A stretch of 47,275 bases of DNA from a virus (taxonomy: Duplodnaviria > Caudoviricetes): positions 1 through 47,275 of IMG/VR virus record IMGVR_UViG_3300027711_000003; one strand, given 5' to 3'. Of this stretch, positions 8,661 to 19,168 are shown in pieces. The stretch's first letter is position 1; each line of letters begins with the position of its first letter. The notes below the pieces were generated by a model. That model was not told where the DNA came from. It searched no databases and saw nothing but the letters and a program-made list of their open reading frames with translations. Position numbers and translations under genes: made by a program.

Positions 8661-10817
8661 TTAGTTAAACTCAGGCAGCAGCGGGTCTCCTCTCAGCGGA
8701 GTATCCTCAAGTCTTTCTGGTTGCTGCCTATCGACCGGCCTTCCTTCTTCGATGGCCCGGTCTCTCTGGATACGTCGCTGCCTACGAGCAAGTACTTCAC
8801 TCACCCTACGCTCTCTTACTGCATCTCTGAACTCTGAGCCTAGATCAGTTATCCTAATACCAGATGCAATAGGTCTGTTAGTCCCTGTATCACGGACGCT
8901 CAGATGTCCATTAGGTGAAACGTGGAAGTATACGTTATCCAGGTCAAGGTTATCATCAGCAGCCTCTGCCACTAGGTTGTCTCTGTTGTTCTCAAAGTAC
9001 CAAGCAAACATATCAGAGTGGTCGTTCGGCCTTACCTGAGTGTACTGAGTTAAGATCTCAGGACGGATAGTAGCAAAGGTATCAGAGCCTACAAGAGTGT
9101 ACCTGCTCTCAATTTCACTAGCAACTGCATCTACTGTCCTATCTGCATCAATAGCACCAGCACCCACATGAATCCTTGTCAGCCTTCTGGCCTCATCCCT
9201 CATGAAAGTCTTAGTAGCCTCAGGCATGTTAGACCACTGCCCTTTGAAGATACGACGACCGAACCTAGTGTCAACCTCTGACTCAATGCTTTCAATCAGC
9301 TCGGACTGCTCGGTGGGGCTTAGTCTGGAATCCCCTCTTGCATAAGAAAGTGCGGCGGCCCAAGCCTGACCATCGGGCTCTTCGCTGGCCCTGAGTGCTT
9401 GATAGTTACGGAATAGCTCTCTGGTCTCTGAGTTATCTCCGTATCTCTGGATGTCCTCGTCGTTCATCATACCAATAGTACGAAGAGAGGACTGCGTTCT
9501 TGCGTCTATCTGCTCCCCTGTGACATCTTCAGGAGTAATGTACCTAGTGTTGTTCACAACAGAACGAACACCCGGCATGTCTACGTTGAATCTCCTGCCG
9601 AACTCAAGCTGCCTCTGCATAATAACAGCAGGTGCTTGTTCTTCTGGAATCTCACCTGTAGCAACCTGTCTCTCAACTTGCTGTTGAATAAGCTCAGAGC
9701 CTTGAGATGCAATCTCTCCTCCGTACTCTGCGTACCGAGGGTCGAGGGTTGGCGGAACCCAGTCAGGGTTGTTCCAGTTATTCAGCCCATCTTGAATCAA
9801 TGAGGACACGGTGTTGTCCTCTTGCTGTGCAGCAAACCCTGCTTGTCGCAGACTCGCTACCATGCTCGGACTTGCGTTGAAACCAGGGTACTCTTGCTCA
9901 AGCTGGCGAAGAGCTGCCTCAGTCTGTTCCCACGAGGCAGAGCGAGTCTTCCATTGCATCTGAATCTCGCCAAGCCTGGCACCGATGGCTACGGAGTTCT
10001 CCTGGGCCTGTACTGTATCGTACACCTCTCGGGCTTTAGCCACACGAGGATCACGACCAGCCCACTCAGTCTGCTCCAGGGCCTGTAGAATACGACCGTC
10101 ACCTGTCTGGGCATCGAGCTGTGCCATCTGCAACAGCATGGTACGCTGCTGCTCATCGGTGATACCGATAGCCCTGCCCTCGGTGTACACACTGCCGCCA
10201 TCAATGGCAGCCAGGAGTTCTTCAGGTGTTTGCGAAGCCTCTCGGTAGTTCTCGATAACCTGGCCGAACTTCTCCTGAGCTACGTACTGACGATGCTCCC
10301 TTGCGGCTGCCTCTCGAATCTGGTGCGTTTGCACCTGGGCTTCTTGAATCCTGTTACTGGCAGCCTGAGACAACTCAGGGTCTGCCTCGTACTTGTTCAG
10401 GATGTCAGAGTAAATCTCACGAGAGGCGATCTCGTACTCTTCGTCATCGGCATCCGGGTTCTGGCGTACCCAATCGCCAAGCTCTGCATTAGCACGCAGG
10501 ACTTCATCCCGCATGTTGATAACCTGATACGCTCGGATACCTGCGTTGGTTGCGTCATCGGTAGGATCAAGCCCCTGCAAGGCCCGTTGCTGTTGGGTTA
10601 CTTTATCAAGCTCGATCTTCTTCTGCTGCTCTGTGACAGCAACATCCATTGCAGAGCCTGTGAAGTTATGCAAAGCCTTGACCAAACGGGAGGCCCTGGA
10701 TTCCTCAGGGCCTTCCTGCGGCGCTACGAATGTATCGGCTGCTTGCACCTGCCTGGTCTGCTGTTGCCTACGCGGCAAGCTCTCGATGGTCTGCCGTGTG
10801 ATACCTCCTTGCGGCAT
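8661..10817 (-). CDS. Internal virion protein, gp15-like
   Basis: 718 aa, syntenic between the gp14-like and gp16-like genes. Confidence 0.75.
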   Translation of the reverse strand: MPQGGITRQTIESLPRRQQQTRQVQAADTFVAPQEGPEESRASRLVKALHNFTGSAMDVAVTEQQKKIELDKVTQQQRALQGLDPTDDATNAGIRAYQVINMRDEVLRANAELGDWVRQNPDADDEEYEIASREIYSDILNKYEADPELSQAASNRIQEAQVQTHQIREAAAREHRQYVAQEKFGQVIENYREASQTPEELLAAIDGGSVYTEGRAIGITDEQQRTMLLQMAQLDAQTGDGRILQALEQTEWAGRDPRVAKAREVYDTVQAQENSVAIGARLGEIQMQWKTRSASWEQTEAALRQLEQEYPGFNASPSMVASLRQAGFAAQQEDNTVSSLIQDGLNNWNNPDWVPPTLDPRYAEYGGEIASQGSELIQQQVERQVATGEIPEEQAPAVIMQRQLEFGRRFNVDMPGVRSVVNNTRYITPEDVTGEQIDARTQSSLRTIGMMNDEDIQRYGDNSETRELFRNYQALRASEEPDGQAWAAALSYARGDSRLSPTEQSELIESIESEVDTRFGRRIFKGQWSNMPEATKTFMRDEARRLTRIHVGAGAIDADRTVDAVASEIESRYTLVGSDTFATIRPEILTQYTQVRPNDHSDMFAWYFENNRDNLVAEAADDNLDLDNVYFHVSPNGHLSVRDTGTNRPIASGIRITDLGSEFRDAVRERRVSEVLARRQRRIQRDRAIEEGRPVDRQQPERLEDTPLRGDPLLPEFN

Positions 10818-11455
10818 TACACACCTCCTCTGATGTTGTCATAGATGCCACCACTGGAACGACCGGAGCCTCCCAGTGTTGCATGAGGATCACCAGTCTG
10901 CCCAAGGTTGGCTTGAATACCTTGCCCTTGCATGTACGCTTGTCCCGCTTCTGCTGCGGTGTTGAGTCCGATCTCAAGCCAGCTAGGTCTCTGGATTTTA
11001 CGTGTATCCATCCTACCGGCTGTGCCTGTCCTGATCGACTCAGCCTGCTCTCGGAAGTTCCTAAGCTCGATGTCTTGGTTGCGGAGGACAGTCTGCATGT
11101 TCCGTCCTCTGTCTCTCTCAAGCCCTGTGATCAGGTTGTCTACACTCAGACCAGCAGTACCAGAAGCTGCGGACATCAGGTTCAACTGAGAACGTCTTTT
11201 GGCGAACTCACCCTGGATGTCCATAGACTCTTCAAGATGAGTCCTAAGGGATTCTCTTTCATTGTCATTGAGAACCCCGTACTGGTGCTGCATACTTTCG
11301 ATAGCAGATTCATTCTGCCTCTTCTGCTGCTCTCTGGCTGCCTTGGCTTGGTTCCTAGCTTCAATGCCTTGCATCAAAGAAGAGCCAACAGCCGTTGCAG
11401 TCATAATGGCAGTTGCATTACTGGCCATAAAGGCCCCTGCTGCTGCTACAGCCAT
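10817..11455 (-). CDS. Internal virion protein, gp14-like
   Basis: Ala-rich hydrophobic N-terminus, Q-rich helix and an AASGTAGLSVD motif. Follows tail tubular protein B. Confidence 0.8.
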   Translation of the reverse strand: MAVAAAGAFMASNATAIMTATAVGSSLMQGIEARNQAKAAREQQKRQNESAIESMQHQYGVLNDNERESLRTHLEESMDIQGEFAKRRSQLNLMSAASGTAGLSVDNLITGLERDRGRNMQTVLRNQDIELRNFREQAESIRTGTAGRMDTRKIQRPSWLEIGLNTAAEAGQAYMQGQGIQANLGQTGDPHATLGGSGRSSGGIYDNIRGGV

Positions 11456-13839
11456 TACACCCTCCTTCCGCGTTGTCTAAACCTTCCTCTCCATTCGAGG
11501 TCTCTTAGTTGGAAAGGCAGGTGGCTTGTTGTTTTGATCTGAAAGGTAGTCTTATCAGAGTCTTGTCGAACAGGGAAGCTGAACTGACCTGGCTCAAGAG
11601 GAGCAAACCCAACTATGTTAGAGATGTCACCAATCTTCCTTCCATTGAACTGGTACTCTCTTGAGACACCCCAGTCATTGTTTACAAGGACAGTAAAGAG
11701 ACCTGTTAGATCGTAGTTGACATTGACATCATTGATAATCAGCCTGTCTGTGTCTATAACCTTCCCACTCTGATCCTTAATGAAGGGCATGGTAGGTTCG
11801 TAAACCATCTCGTAGGGAATACCTCCGATCACTGAAACTGATGCATTGTCAGAAAGTTCCTCTGATGTACGATACAGTCCAGTGCCTACTTTCTCAGCAT
11901 CAATAGTAACACCTGCATCAAGTGTTCCTTCTCCCCTTACGAAGACAATTCTCTCATCTTCATACGGAGCTTCGAACTCCCAATAGCCATTGACAAGAGT
12001 AGCTTCTGAGACGAATCGGTTATCAAGTCGAACTGGGAAGGTCAGACCCGAATCATCGGGGTCTCCTGTTTCAAAGAACTCAAGATAAGTCTTACCATCC
12101 CTTTCAATGACGAAGTATATAGTCTCCTTATCGTAGGAGATGAAGCGGACTTTTGCATCAGGGAATCTCCAAAGAGACCAAGAAGATTGAACCCTCTCTT
12201 GTCCTTCCCAAATCCATGTGTATGTGTAAACTACTTCTGGGTCATCTGCCAGCACGAGTAGCTGGTTCCTGTTCGTGCTAGTTGCAAGTAACCTGGCTTG
12301 CCCAAGAATGTACTGATCCACATGGTCTGTAACAGGACGAGCCCTCTTGGTGTCCGTGAAGCTGTCTGTATAGAACTCACGAATACCAGTGAACTTTCCG
12401 TACTCAAAGGCAAAGAAGATAACATCCCCGGCTGCTACAGGAGGTGCCTGGACATTGTTCTCGAAGGAACTAGCAAACCTAAGTGTTGCATTATCCTGCG
12501 TCATGGGTTGCTCCCCGGATTGCAGGAACTGGCCGTTCTCACTAAAGAATACAACATCACCATCCAGAACAGCAGAGTTATACAGTACGTTTACTTGGTT
12601 AGTATCTGCGTACACATCAACAGGAGCATCATCAAGGTCTTCTCTCACAGTTCTCTTGAAGAAGTTGAAGAAGAAATTACTCTGACTGTAAATAACAGAC
12701 TCACCTGCTGTGAAGTACAGCCTATTCTGGAAAGTTCCAAGGCTCCTGATCGGCTCGCCGTCTTGGATGAAGGAGGGCATTGGGTTTGTGTTATCGTCAC
12801 CTACTTCTCTATCTGTCCAGTCAACCTCTTGGTAAACAAAGACAGCCTTACCACCTTCGAACCTGTCCCTTACCAAGGCATGAGGTAGCGTACTTGCATC
12901 CATCCCAACAGAGACACCAGGAGCAATAGTCTCAACCCATTTTGTGGAACCTCCCTCCGTGTTTTGGGCTTCAAGCCAGAAAGTATCCGAAGTACCTGAA
13001 CCTGCTACTTCGACCTTATACCCTTCGTTGGCAAAAGGAGGTAGGTTCTCTACACTAGACACCCTGTGCTTGACTGCAACGAAGTCTCTTCCATCTGCAC
13101 CGTCTGTTGTTGATATTCCTTCAAGGGAGCCGCCATCAGTTCTTCGGAGGATTACGACATTACCTTCCAGGGTTGCAGAGTATCCGCTGATATTATTAAG
13201 ACCTACTCCACTTGCGCTCCCTGCGCTAGGGTCTGCTGACTCCCCTTCCATGAGTATACCTAGAACCCTATTGGTATCTACGAACCGTATATGGTCTGAC
13301 TCGTCACCGTCAGGTGTTCTGTAAGAAGCAACAAGAGTGTCATTCAGATACACCCTATAAGCCCTGCCATAATCTGCGAACTGAAGGTACAAGATAATCT
13401 CAGGCTCTAGCTCTCCTGATAAAGAAGACGACTCCAAAGGAGTTACCTGAGAGTTCGCCATGAAGGTGAAGTCACTCAGGGTGGTCATTCTTATATGACG
13501 CTCAGGGTCGGGTGTGCTGAGATAAGACAGGCTTGCGCTGCTCTCCACTACCAGCTCATCTCCTTCCATGTCGAAGACACGAGGGAGTTCGTTAGGCTCA
13601 ATAGCGATGAGGTACTGCTCATCCTCTCCTCTGTTATAGTAATGGAGCTTAGTTCTTTCTGGGAATGTTCTTTCGCATAACCTTTTAATCAGACGAGTGC
13701 CAGGACGTTTGTACAGCCCGTTCACAGCAGAGCTGATAGCATTTTCTTGGACAGTACATTGTCCTTCCAGCCTAACCTTAGGGGGCTGTTGAGAGATACC
13801 TTGGATAGGTCTGCCCCAAGCTCCTGTGTGAAGAGCCAT
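11455..13839 (-). CDS. Tail tubular protein B (nozzle, gp12-like)
   Basis: 794 aa with GISQQP, GLYKRPG, FQNRLYF and QSSWSLW motifs. Confidence 0.92.
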   Translation of the reverse strand: MALHTGAWGRPIQGISQQPPKVRLEGQCTVQENAISSAVNGLYKRPGTRLIKRLCERTFPERTKLHYYNRGEDEQYLIAIEPNELPRVFDMEGDELVVESSASLSYLSTPDPERHIRMTTLSDFTFMANSQVTPLESSSLSGELEPEIILYLQFADYGRAYRVYLNDTLVASYRTPDGDESDHIRFVDTNRVLGILMEGESADPSAGSASGVGLNNISGYSATLEGNVVILRRTDGGSLEGISTTDGADGRDFVAVKHRVSSVENLPPFANEGYKVEVAGSGTSDTFWLEAQNTEGGSTKWVETIAPGVSVGMDASTLPHALVRDRFEGGKAVFVYQEVDWTDREVGDDNTNPMPSFIQDGEPIRSLGTFQNRLYFTAGESVIYSQSNFFFNFFKRTVREDLDDAPVDVYADTNQVNVLYNSAVLDGDVVFFSENGQFLQSGEQPMTQDNATLRFASSFENNVQAPPVAAGDVIFFAFEYGKFTGIREFYTDSFTDTKRARPVTDHVDQYILGQARLLATSTNRNQLLVLADDPEVVYTYTWIWEGQERVQSSWSLWRFPDAKVRFISYDKETIYFVIERDGKTYLEFFETGDPDDSGLTFPVRLDNRFVSEATLVNGYWEFEAPYEDERIVFVRGEGTLDAGVTIDAEKVGTGLYRTSEELSDNASVSVIGGIPYEMVYEPTMPFIKDQSGKVIDTDRLIINDVNVNYDLTGLFTVLVNNDWGVSREYQFNGRKIGDISNIVGFAPLEPGQFSFPVRQDSDKTTFQIKTTSHLPFQLRDLEWRGRFRQRGRRV

Positions 13840-13848
13840 ATAACCTCC

Positions 13849-14487
13849 TTAACGATACATATTATTAACACCACCGATGAGACCTAGACGACTCCTGACT
13901 TGAGAGTTATCTCTAAGATAGTTCATCCTAGTGACCCTCTGGTTCTCTGCCTCCAGGGAACGATAAGCACGCATCTCGTTCTGCTGGTCTCTCTGGCTCT
14001 GGCTAGCATCCCCCACAGTATCATCACCGAACAAACGACGAGACCTCCAAGCAATAGCAGACCGGGCAGTAGCGGGAAGGTCTTCATAAGAGAGCAAAAG
14101 AATGAGTCTGAACTCGATCTTACCATCCCGATCAACAATACCACTCAAGTCATAAGTGTGGTTATCTGTGTCATAGACCCTACGACCCCTGACAGTGAGC
14201 CTGTTTCCTACGTCATGGAAGCTACCTCTAGCCTCTAGGATACTGAGGGTGTTATTTGGGAGAGTGATCCGACCTTGTTCATCAGGTTCAAGTCTCCACC
14301 TATCTTCCTTATTGAACCACCAACCTTTGCCATCGTTCATCTGGATGTCCAGCATAGTCTGGTCGATAATAGCCAGCGCCATAGCTGCATCCAAGTCTGC
14401 GGTCTCGATAGTGGCAACAGGTTCTCGTCCGATACCAGACAGACACAGGTTAACTGCATCCAGTTTGGTATTCAAGAGTTCAATCAT
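13849..14487 (-). CDS. Tail tubular protein A (gatekeeper, gp11-like)
   Basis: TKLDAVNLCLSGIGREPV and GWWFNKE motifs. Follows the capsid gene. Confidence 0.92.
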   Translation of the reverse strand: MIELLNTKLDAVNLCLSGIGREPVATIETADLDAAMALAIIDQTMLDIQMNDGKGWWFNKEDRWRLEPDEQGRITLPNNTLSILEARGSFHDVGNRLTVRGRRVYDTDNHTYDLSGIVDRDGKIEFRLILLLSYEDLPATARSAIAWRSRRLFGDDTVGDASQSQRDQQNEMRAYRSLEAENQRVTRMNYLRDNSQVRSRLGLIGGVNNMYR

Positions 14488-14501
14488 TATACCTCCTAAC
14501 G

Positions 14502-14532
14502 AAAAAAGCCCTGCCCCAGGACGGGACAGGGC
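14502..14532 (-). terminator. Rho-independent terminator after capsid gene (T-phi-like)
   Basis: Minus strand reads GCCCTGTCCC-GTCCT-GGGGCAGGGC-TTTTTT. Confidence 0.88.
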
Positions 14533-14545
14533 GATTGACTACCTG

Positions 14546-15628
14546 TTACTCGACAGAGCGAGTCTTGACAACCTTGCGGTTGGCGCGTGCGGTTACTTCG
14601 GTGTTCTCGGTGTCACCTTCAGTATCCACAACAGACACAGCTTCCCAAGCGGACGGGATTGCGCCCTCTGCCTGGTAGGTGTCAACGAACCAAGACTTGG
14701 AACGACGATCCCAGAAGATGTCGCCGGTCATGTCGATGGTCTTGCCGGCCAGCAGTGCATCAGGCTTGAAGACCAGCGCCTTGGCCTTAGCCTGCTCTTC
14801 GCTTGCGGTGTAACGGTTGCCGTTAGTGGCGTTACTCAGCTTGCTGGTACGAGAGATCACGTTGCCGTTAACCAGCTTCGGGAAGCGGTTGGACGGAATG
14901 ATCGGTACGTTGAAGCTGCGAAGAACGAAGCCAGAGACGGTGTCACCTGCGAAGGTCTGGTAATCCTGGTTGATGATGCGCTCTGCATCACGCAGGATGT
15001 TGAACTCAGGCCACGGCAGCATGATGTACATATCATCAGGGTCAACACCGTCACCGCCATCCTTACCAGTCATCATGTTCTCGATGGCCAGCTCAATAGC
15101 AGCCTGGATGTTCTCCGGGTCTTTTGCTTGGTCCTCGGAAATCTGAATCCGATAAGAGAAACCATGACCCTCAACACGAGGAGTGTTACGAACAGCAGCA
15201 GTGTTGGACTGAGCGCCGTAGATGAGCTGCTGGACAACCATCTCGTCCTCAAGACGAGCGAGCTGCTTGGACTGGTTGTTACTCAGTTTGGAGTTGTAAC
15301 CCTCGATGTCGTTCTGAATATCATGGAACATGGCCACTGCGTTACGAGCAATGACGGTGGTGTCCACGACCAGGGCGTTCTTGTCCACCTCGTTACCAGT
15401 CGCCTCGGGGTCTTGGCCCGGAGACAGAATCTGGAGTTCAGTGTCACCCATGAACTTCTCGGAAACCATATTGGTCCCGACAACCTGTTGAACATCGAAG
15501 AACCGCAGGAGGTTTTCCTGGCGGATATAGGACTCACGGACTCGGCCAGTGAACTTCTCAATGAGAAGCGTATCTACCTCACCGGATGCGGATACCGCCG
15601 GATTGGTAACGACATTAGTAGAAGACAA
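14546..15628 (-). CDS. Major capsid protein
   Basis: 360 aa with LLIEKFTGRV...F and PIIPSNRFP motifs. Has its own promoter and terminator. TTG start with GGAGG RBS. Confidence 0.93.
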   Translation of the reverse strand: MSSTNVVTNPAVSASGEVDTLLIEKFTGRVRESYIRQENLLRFFDVQQVVGTNMVSEKFMGDTELQILSPGQDPEATGNEVDKNALVVDTTVIARNAVAMFHDIQNDIEGYNSKLSNNQSKQLARLEDEMVVQQLIYGAQSNTAAVRNTPRVEGHGFSYRIQISEDQAKDPENIQAAIELAIENMMTGKDGGDGVDPDDMYIMLPWPEFNILRDAERIINQDYQTFAGDTVSGFVLRSFNVPIIPSNRFPKLVNGNVISRTSKLSNATNGNRYTASEEQAKAKALVFKPDALLAGKTIDMTGDIFWDRRSKSWFVDTYQAEGAIPSAWEAVSVVDTEGDTENTEVTARANRKVVKTRSVE

Positions 15629-15664
15629 TTTCTACCTCCTTATTCTGTAATTGAAAGACGCCTT

Positions 15665-15685
15665 TCTCTTATAGTGGCGTTTAAA
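15665..15685 (-). promoter_or_regulatory. Phage RNAP promoter (capsid)
   Basis: TTTAAACGCCACTATAAGAGA. Confidence 0.88.
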
Positions 15686-16577
15686 TGCCTCGCTTCAGAC
15701 CCAAACGACGACGTGCATCGAGAGCCTGTTGCGCCTTAATCCTGTCATGACCTTTCAGCTTGGTGAACTCAGGGCTGGTCATCTCTGCCAGGTACTCATT
15801 GGCAGACAAAGCACCACCACCTGTTTCAGTAGCAGCCTCACCGCTTACGAGGGAATAATCAGAATCGCCTTCTTGACCCTGCATTTTGGATTGAAGGTCT
15901 TTGATAGCAAGCTCTTGGATGTACTTATCACCCGACTCCATAGCCTTATTGAAGCCATCAATCTGAGAATCTTCAAGGTTCTTCTCAGCCCAGGACGACA
16001 TAGCATCCCAGTTCTCTTCACCACCCACAAGCTCGTTGCTCCACTCCACAGCTTGTTGCTGTACCTTCTCAGCCTCAGCTTTCTGAGACTCCGTGAGATG
16101 CAGAGCGTGTTCGTTCTGTGCCTTTAGGGCCTGGAGGAATGTGTCAACCAGAGGCTTTCCGAACTTCTCATCAAGAGGGGCACGGGTCTCGTCGGAAAGG
16201 GTGAAGTCGCTGTCTTTACCGTACAGCTCAGAGATCACCTTGTTTGCATCTACACCCGCTTCACTGAGCTGCCCTGCAAGCTCCTCAGGAACCTCAACCT
16301 GAACGGGATGTCCGTTAAAGAACAGCTCCTCAGGAAGATCAGAGGGCTCAGGTGCTGGTGCCGGGTCAGAGGTAGCTCCGCCCTGACCCCCATCCGGGGT
16401 TGTCTGGCTTCCAGCACCTTCGGTAGGGTTTCCGTTGTCTACAGGTGTAGACCCCTCGTTCACAGGTGCAGGGCTGGGTGCCGGATCGGTAGTCGGGTCT
16501 TGACCAGGGGTTGCAGAAGGTGTAGCAGCACCTTCAGGTGCAGCCCCAGTAGGGTTGTCTCCTTCAGTTTGCATCAT
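15681..16577 (-). CDS. Capsid scaffolding protein
   Basis: Acidic, with a P/T/G-rich N-terminus and a VGGEENWDAMSSWA motif. Lies between portal and capsid. Confidence 0.88.
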   Translation of the reverse strand: MMQTEGDNPTGAAPEGAATPSATPGQDPTTDPAPSPAPVNEGSTPVDNGNPTEGAGSQTTPDGGQGGATSDPAPAPEPSDLPEELFFNGHPVQVEVPEELAGQLSEAGVDANKVISELYGKDSDFTLSDETRAPLDEKFGKPLVDTFLQALKAQNEHALHLTESQKAEAEKVQQQAVEWSNELVGGEENWDAMSSWAEKNLEDSQIDGFNKAMESGDKYIQELAIKDLQSKMQGQEGDSDYSLVSGEAATETGGGALSANEYLAEMTSPEFTKLKGHDRIKAQQALDARRRLGLKRGI

Positions 16578-18139
16578 TGCGCTCCTTGTTTAATCATATC
16601 AGGTGCAGCTTTACTAGCCTCGGCTGCCAGTTGCTGTTCCATCTGTGCTTCTTGCTGGGCCTGCATCATCTGCTGGTATTCTTGATCTGACATAAGCCAG
16701 TCAATCTCCAGACCAATCTCAGCAGCCACCTTGCCACTGAACCTATCCCACTGCACACGTTGTTGCATGGTCTCAGGCCATGTGTTGGTCATCTGTAGCA
16801 TCTCGGTGAACTGCATGATCTTGTCAAGCTCGTTCATTCTTCCAAGAGCTTCAGTACCCGTGATAATCTCAGGGTCGAAGTCTTCTAGGTTAATCTCTGC
16901 ATCTGAATTATCCAGAGACATCCTGAGAAGCCGGTAAGCCCTTGGCCTCTGCCAATGCACAGCAAGGTGGCTATAGATACCACCAAGAGAAGTCTCAAGG
17001 TCTGCTGCATCCTGGCGAATCTCGTAAGCCGTGACACGCTCGGCATCACGACGCGCAGCCCGAGAGATCATGAAGGCTTCACCAACACGTCTCTCGTACT
17101 CGCGCAGAACTTCAGAGATAGGTGTGAAGTCTGCGTACCGCTCTAGTTGCAGAACCCCGATGTCGTCTATGTTGCCATGAATGAACTCACCCGTTGGGCT
17201 TTGGACAAGATGCTCAATATCCGTGTAGCTCCCTGGCTTTACGATGTACTTGACATCTGCCATGAGTACCATGCCCTTGGCGATAGCTTCGGACAAGAGC
17301 TGGATAACAAAGAAGTCACCAGCGTGGTCCTCGACAATACCTCTCCCGTAATCCTCTCCATGAACGTGCGTCCACATCAGGATGGTGAAGGGTAGTTTAT
17401 CCTCCTTTAGGGTGTACATGGTCCCGATACGAGTATCAAGACACTCCTGCCACACTTTGAACTTTCCATCAGACTGTCGCAGTGCCCCTGTGTACAGCTC
17501 AACCTCAGTGTCTTCTGAGAGATGTCTGTTCCGAGGCATCGCACGGATGGCTTGTTGGACATCCTGTGGCATTGCACCGAATGCTTTCTTCTGCTGTATG
17601 ATAACTTCAAGCAGATTACCAGAGGTATCCCTCTTCACTACGTACTGATCCAGACGGATGCCGATTGCAGGCCCGTCCTTCTCAGGGAAGTAGTGCATAT
17701 AGTTCCCGGTGATAATCAGACTCTTGGCAGTCATGATGTCAAGATCACGAGGTGTGGTCTTGTCCATGAACTGCATAGCATCGTTCTCGATGGCAGTAAG
17801 CTGCTGGGCAAGCTGGGTGCTATCCCAACCCTCATCCCGGAGTTCCTTGCGAACTTCGGAGTGGAAGTCCAGCTTGAAGAACGTGCGAGAGGGAGGGAAC
17901 AAGGTCATGATGATCTTGTTACTCAGGTGATTGACCACTCTTGCACCGAAGCCTTGCCACCCTTGCTGAATTGTCTCACCCTCTGCATAGGCAGGCTCAG
18001 GTAAGATATAGGGAAGGGTAGACTTGGCGTATTCATAAGCACGGTGAAGGTAGGTCTCACGCTTCCTTCTGTATTGCTCGTAACGCGCCTTCAGGGTGGA
18101 CTTATCCGACCCTTGAGCGTTCAAGGGATTCGTTCGCAT
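16574..18139 (-). CDS. Portal (head-tail connector) protein
   Basis: 521 aa with GARVVNHLSNK..MTLFPP, GEDYGRG and RDAERVTAYEI motifs. Confidence 0.95.
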   Translation of the reverse strand: MRTNPLNAQGSDKSTLKARYEQYRRKRETYLHRAYEYAKSTLPYILPEPAYAEGETIQQGWQGFGARVVNHLSNKIIMTLFPPSRTFFKLDFHSEVRKELRDEGWDSTQLAQQLTAIENDAMQFMDKTTPRDLDIMTAKSLIITGNYMHYFPEKDGPAIGIRLDQYVVKRDTSGNLLEVIIQQKKAFGAMPQDVQQAIRAMPRNRHLSEDTEVELYTGALRQSDGKFKVWQECLDTRIGTMYTLKEDKLPFTILMWTHVHGEDYGRGIVEDHAGDFFVIQLLSEAIAKGMVLMADVKYIVKPGSYTDIEHLVQSPTGEFIHGNIDDIGVLQLERYADFTPISEVLREYERRVGEAFMISRAARRDAERVTAYEIRQDAADLETSLGGIYSHLAVHWQRPRAYRLLRMSLDNSDAEINLEDFDPEIITGTEALGRMNELDKIMQFTEMLQMTNTWPETMQQRVQWDRFSGKVAAEIGLEIDWLMSDQEYQQMMQAQQEAQMEQQLAAEASKAAPDMIKQGAQ

Positions 18140-18148
18140 TCGACCTCC

Positions 18149-18355
18149 TTATACTGAGAGGCCAGTCCCGATACCACTACCCTCTCCTGCCGGACGACGC
18201 AGAGCCCTACGACCCCGACGTCTGGTATCTTCTTGGCCCTCCTGACCACCCACTACGATGTCGTCAGGGTCAACACCCTCACGACGCTCAGGGCGACGGG
18301 CGGGATCGGGAGGATCGGGGATACTAGGGGTTTTAGGGCTGAACACGCTGCTCAT
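18149..18355 (-). CDS. Small virion assembly protein (gp7.3-like position)
   Basis: FSPKTP...RRRGRRAL...GTGLSV, immediately before the portal. Confidence 0.6.
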   Translation of the reverse strand: MSSVFSPKTPSIPDPPDPARRPERREGVDPDDIVVGGQEGQEDTRRRGRRALRRPAGEGSGIGTGLSV

Positions 18356-18804
18356 AATGCCTCCTTATTAAATTGTTTTCCAGTAGAAGAGAACCCCATA
18401 CTCTCGTAGAATGCAGAAGTTCTGTCCTCATTGATACCAGAAGCCACAGAGATACGTACCTCTTTAGCTCCTTTACTAAACGCCCACTTCTCGTATTCAG
18501 AGACAAGGCGATACCCTATCATTGACCCCCTATCCTCTGGCTTTACATATAAGATGAAGTCCATGGCAACAAGATCAGGACTCCATGGAAGCATAGGGCC
18601 AATCATAGCCCAAATGAAACCACGTATCCCTCCTCTGTCGTAAACAAGGAGTAATTGATTAGGGTCAGAGGTGGCATGAAGGGATCGGAGTAATGCTGTA
18701 GATTCGCAATAAGGGACCGAGGTGTGTTCCCCCACTTCTGCATGATACTCCCATCCCATCTTAGCAAGGACTAAGCAATCGAAGTGATTAGCTTCCCTCA
18801 ACAT
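18352..18804 (-). CDS. GNAT-family acetyltransferase-like protein
   Basis: LYVKPEDRGSMIG and FYESMGF GNAT motifs. Confidence 0.8.
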   Translation of the reverse strand: MLREANHFDCLVLAKMGWEYHAEVGEHTSVPYCESTALLRSLHATSDPNQLLLVYDRGGIRGFIWAMIGPMLPWSPDLVAMDFILYVKPEDRGSMIGYRLVSEYEKWAFSKGAKEVRISVASGINEDRTSAFYESMGFSSTGKQFNKEAL

Positions 18805-18997
18805 ACTGTTGCCTCACACCAATAACAGTAAGACGATGATCAAGGACAGCCAATAGTCGTTCTCTTTCCTGCTCCGCAATCAGCTTCCAATGCGGTTTAT
18901 CAGGAGAGGGAGATTCTACCCTAAGGACTTCCTCGATAAGCTCCCAAGCATCAATTGTGATCGAGGGTTTCTTCGAGTTCTTCAGCGGCGATGTCAT
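18788..18997 (-). CDS. Hypothetical protein
   Basis: ATG (MTSPLK) after a GAGGG RBS. Overlaps its neighbours in the operon. Confidence 0.6.
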   Translation of the reverse strand: MTSPLKNSKKPSITIDAWELIEEVLRVESPSPDKPHWKLIAEQERERLLAVLDHRLTVIGVRQQYVEGS

Positions 18998-19139
18998 ACA
19001 ATCCCTCTGCATTTTCAATGATTACATCAACATTGAGGCCACTGTTAGTACCTTCCATGTACAGGTCGGTAGAAACAACGCCTTGGTTGACCTTCTCTTC
19101 GATAATATCTGCTGCAATCTCTACTAGAGTACGGGGCAT
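18951..19139 (-). CDS. Hypothetical protein (acidic)
   Basis: GAGGAGG RBS directly after the promoter at 19148. Confidence 0.7.
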   Translation of the reverse strand: MPRTLVEIAADIIEEKVNQGVVSTDLYMEGTNSGLNVDVIIENAEGLYDIAAEELEETLDHN

Positions 19140-19147
19140 TACTGCCT

Positions 19148-19168
19148 CCTCTTATAGTGGTCAGTTAA
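19148..19168 (-). promoter_or_regulatory. Phage RNAP promoter (start of late region)
   Basis: TTAACTGACCACTATAAGAGG. Confidence 0.82.

Noticed and set aside
14546-14580. T7 10A/10B-like capsid frameshift
   Set aside because: No slippery sequence is visible, and a terminator and the next gene follow immediately.
14195-15739. 514-aa plus-strand ORF (and similar ones at 218-892, 27691-28530, 34284-35297, 36467-37522)
   Set aside because: Antisense shadows of well-supported minus-strand genes, with no RBS or motifs.
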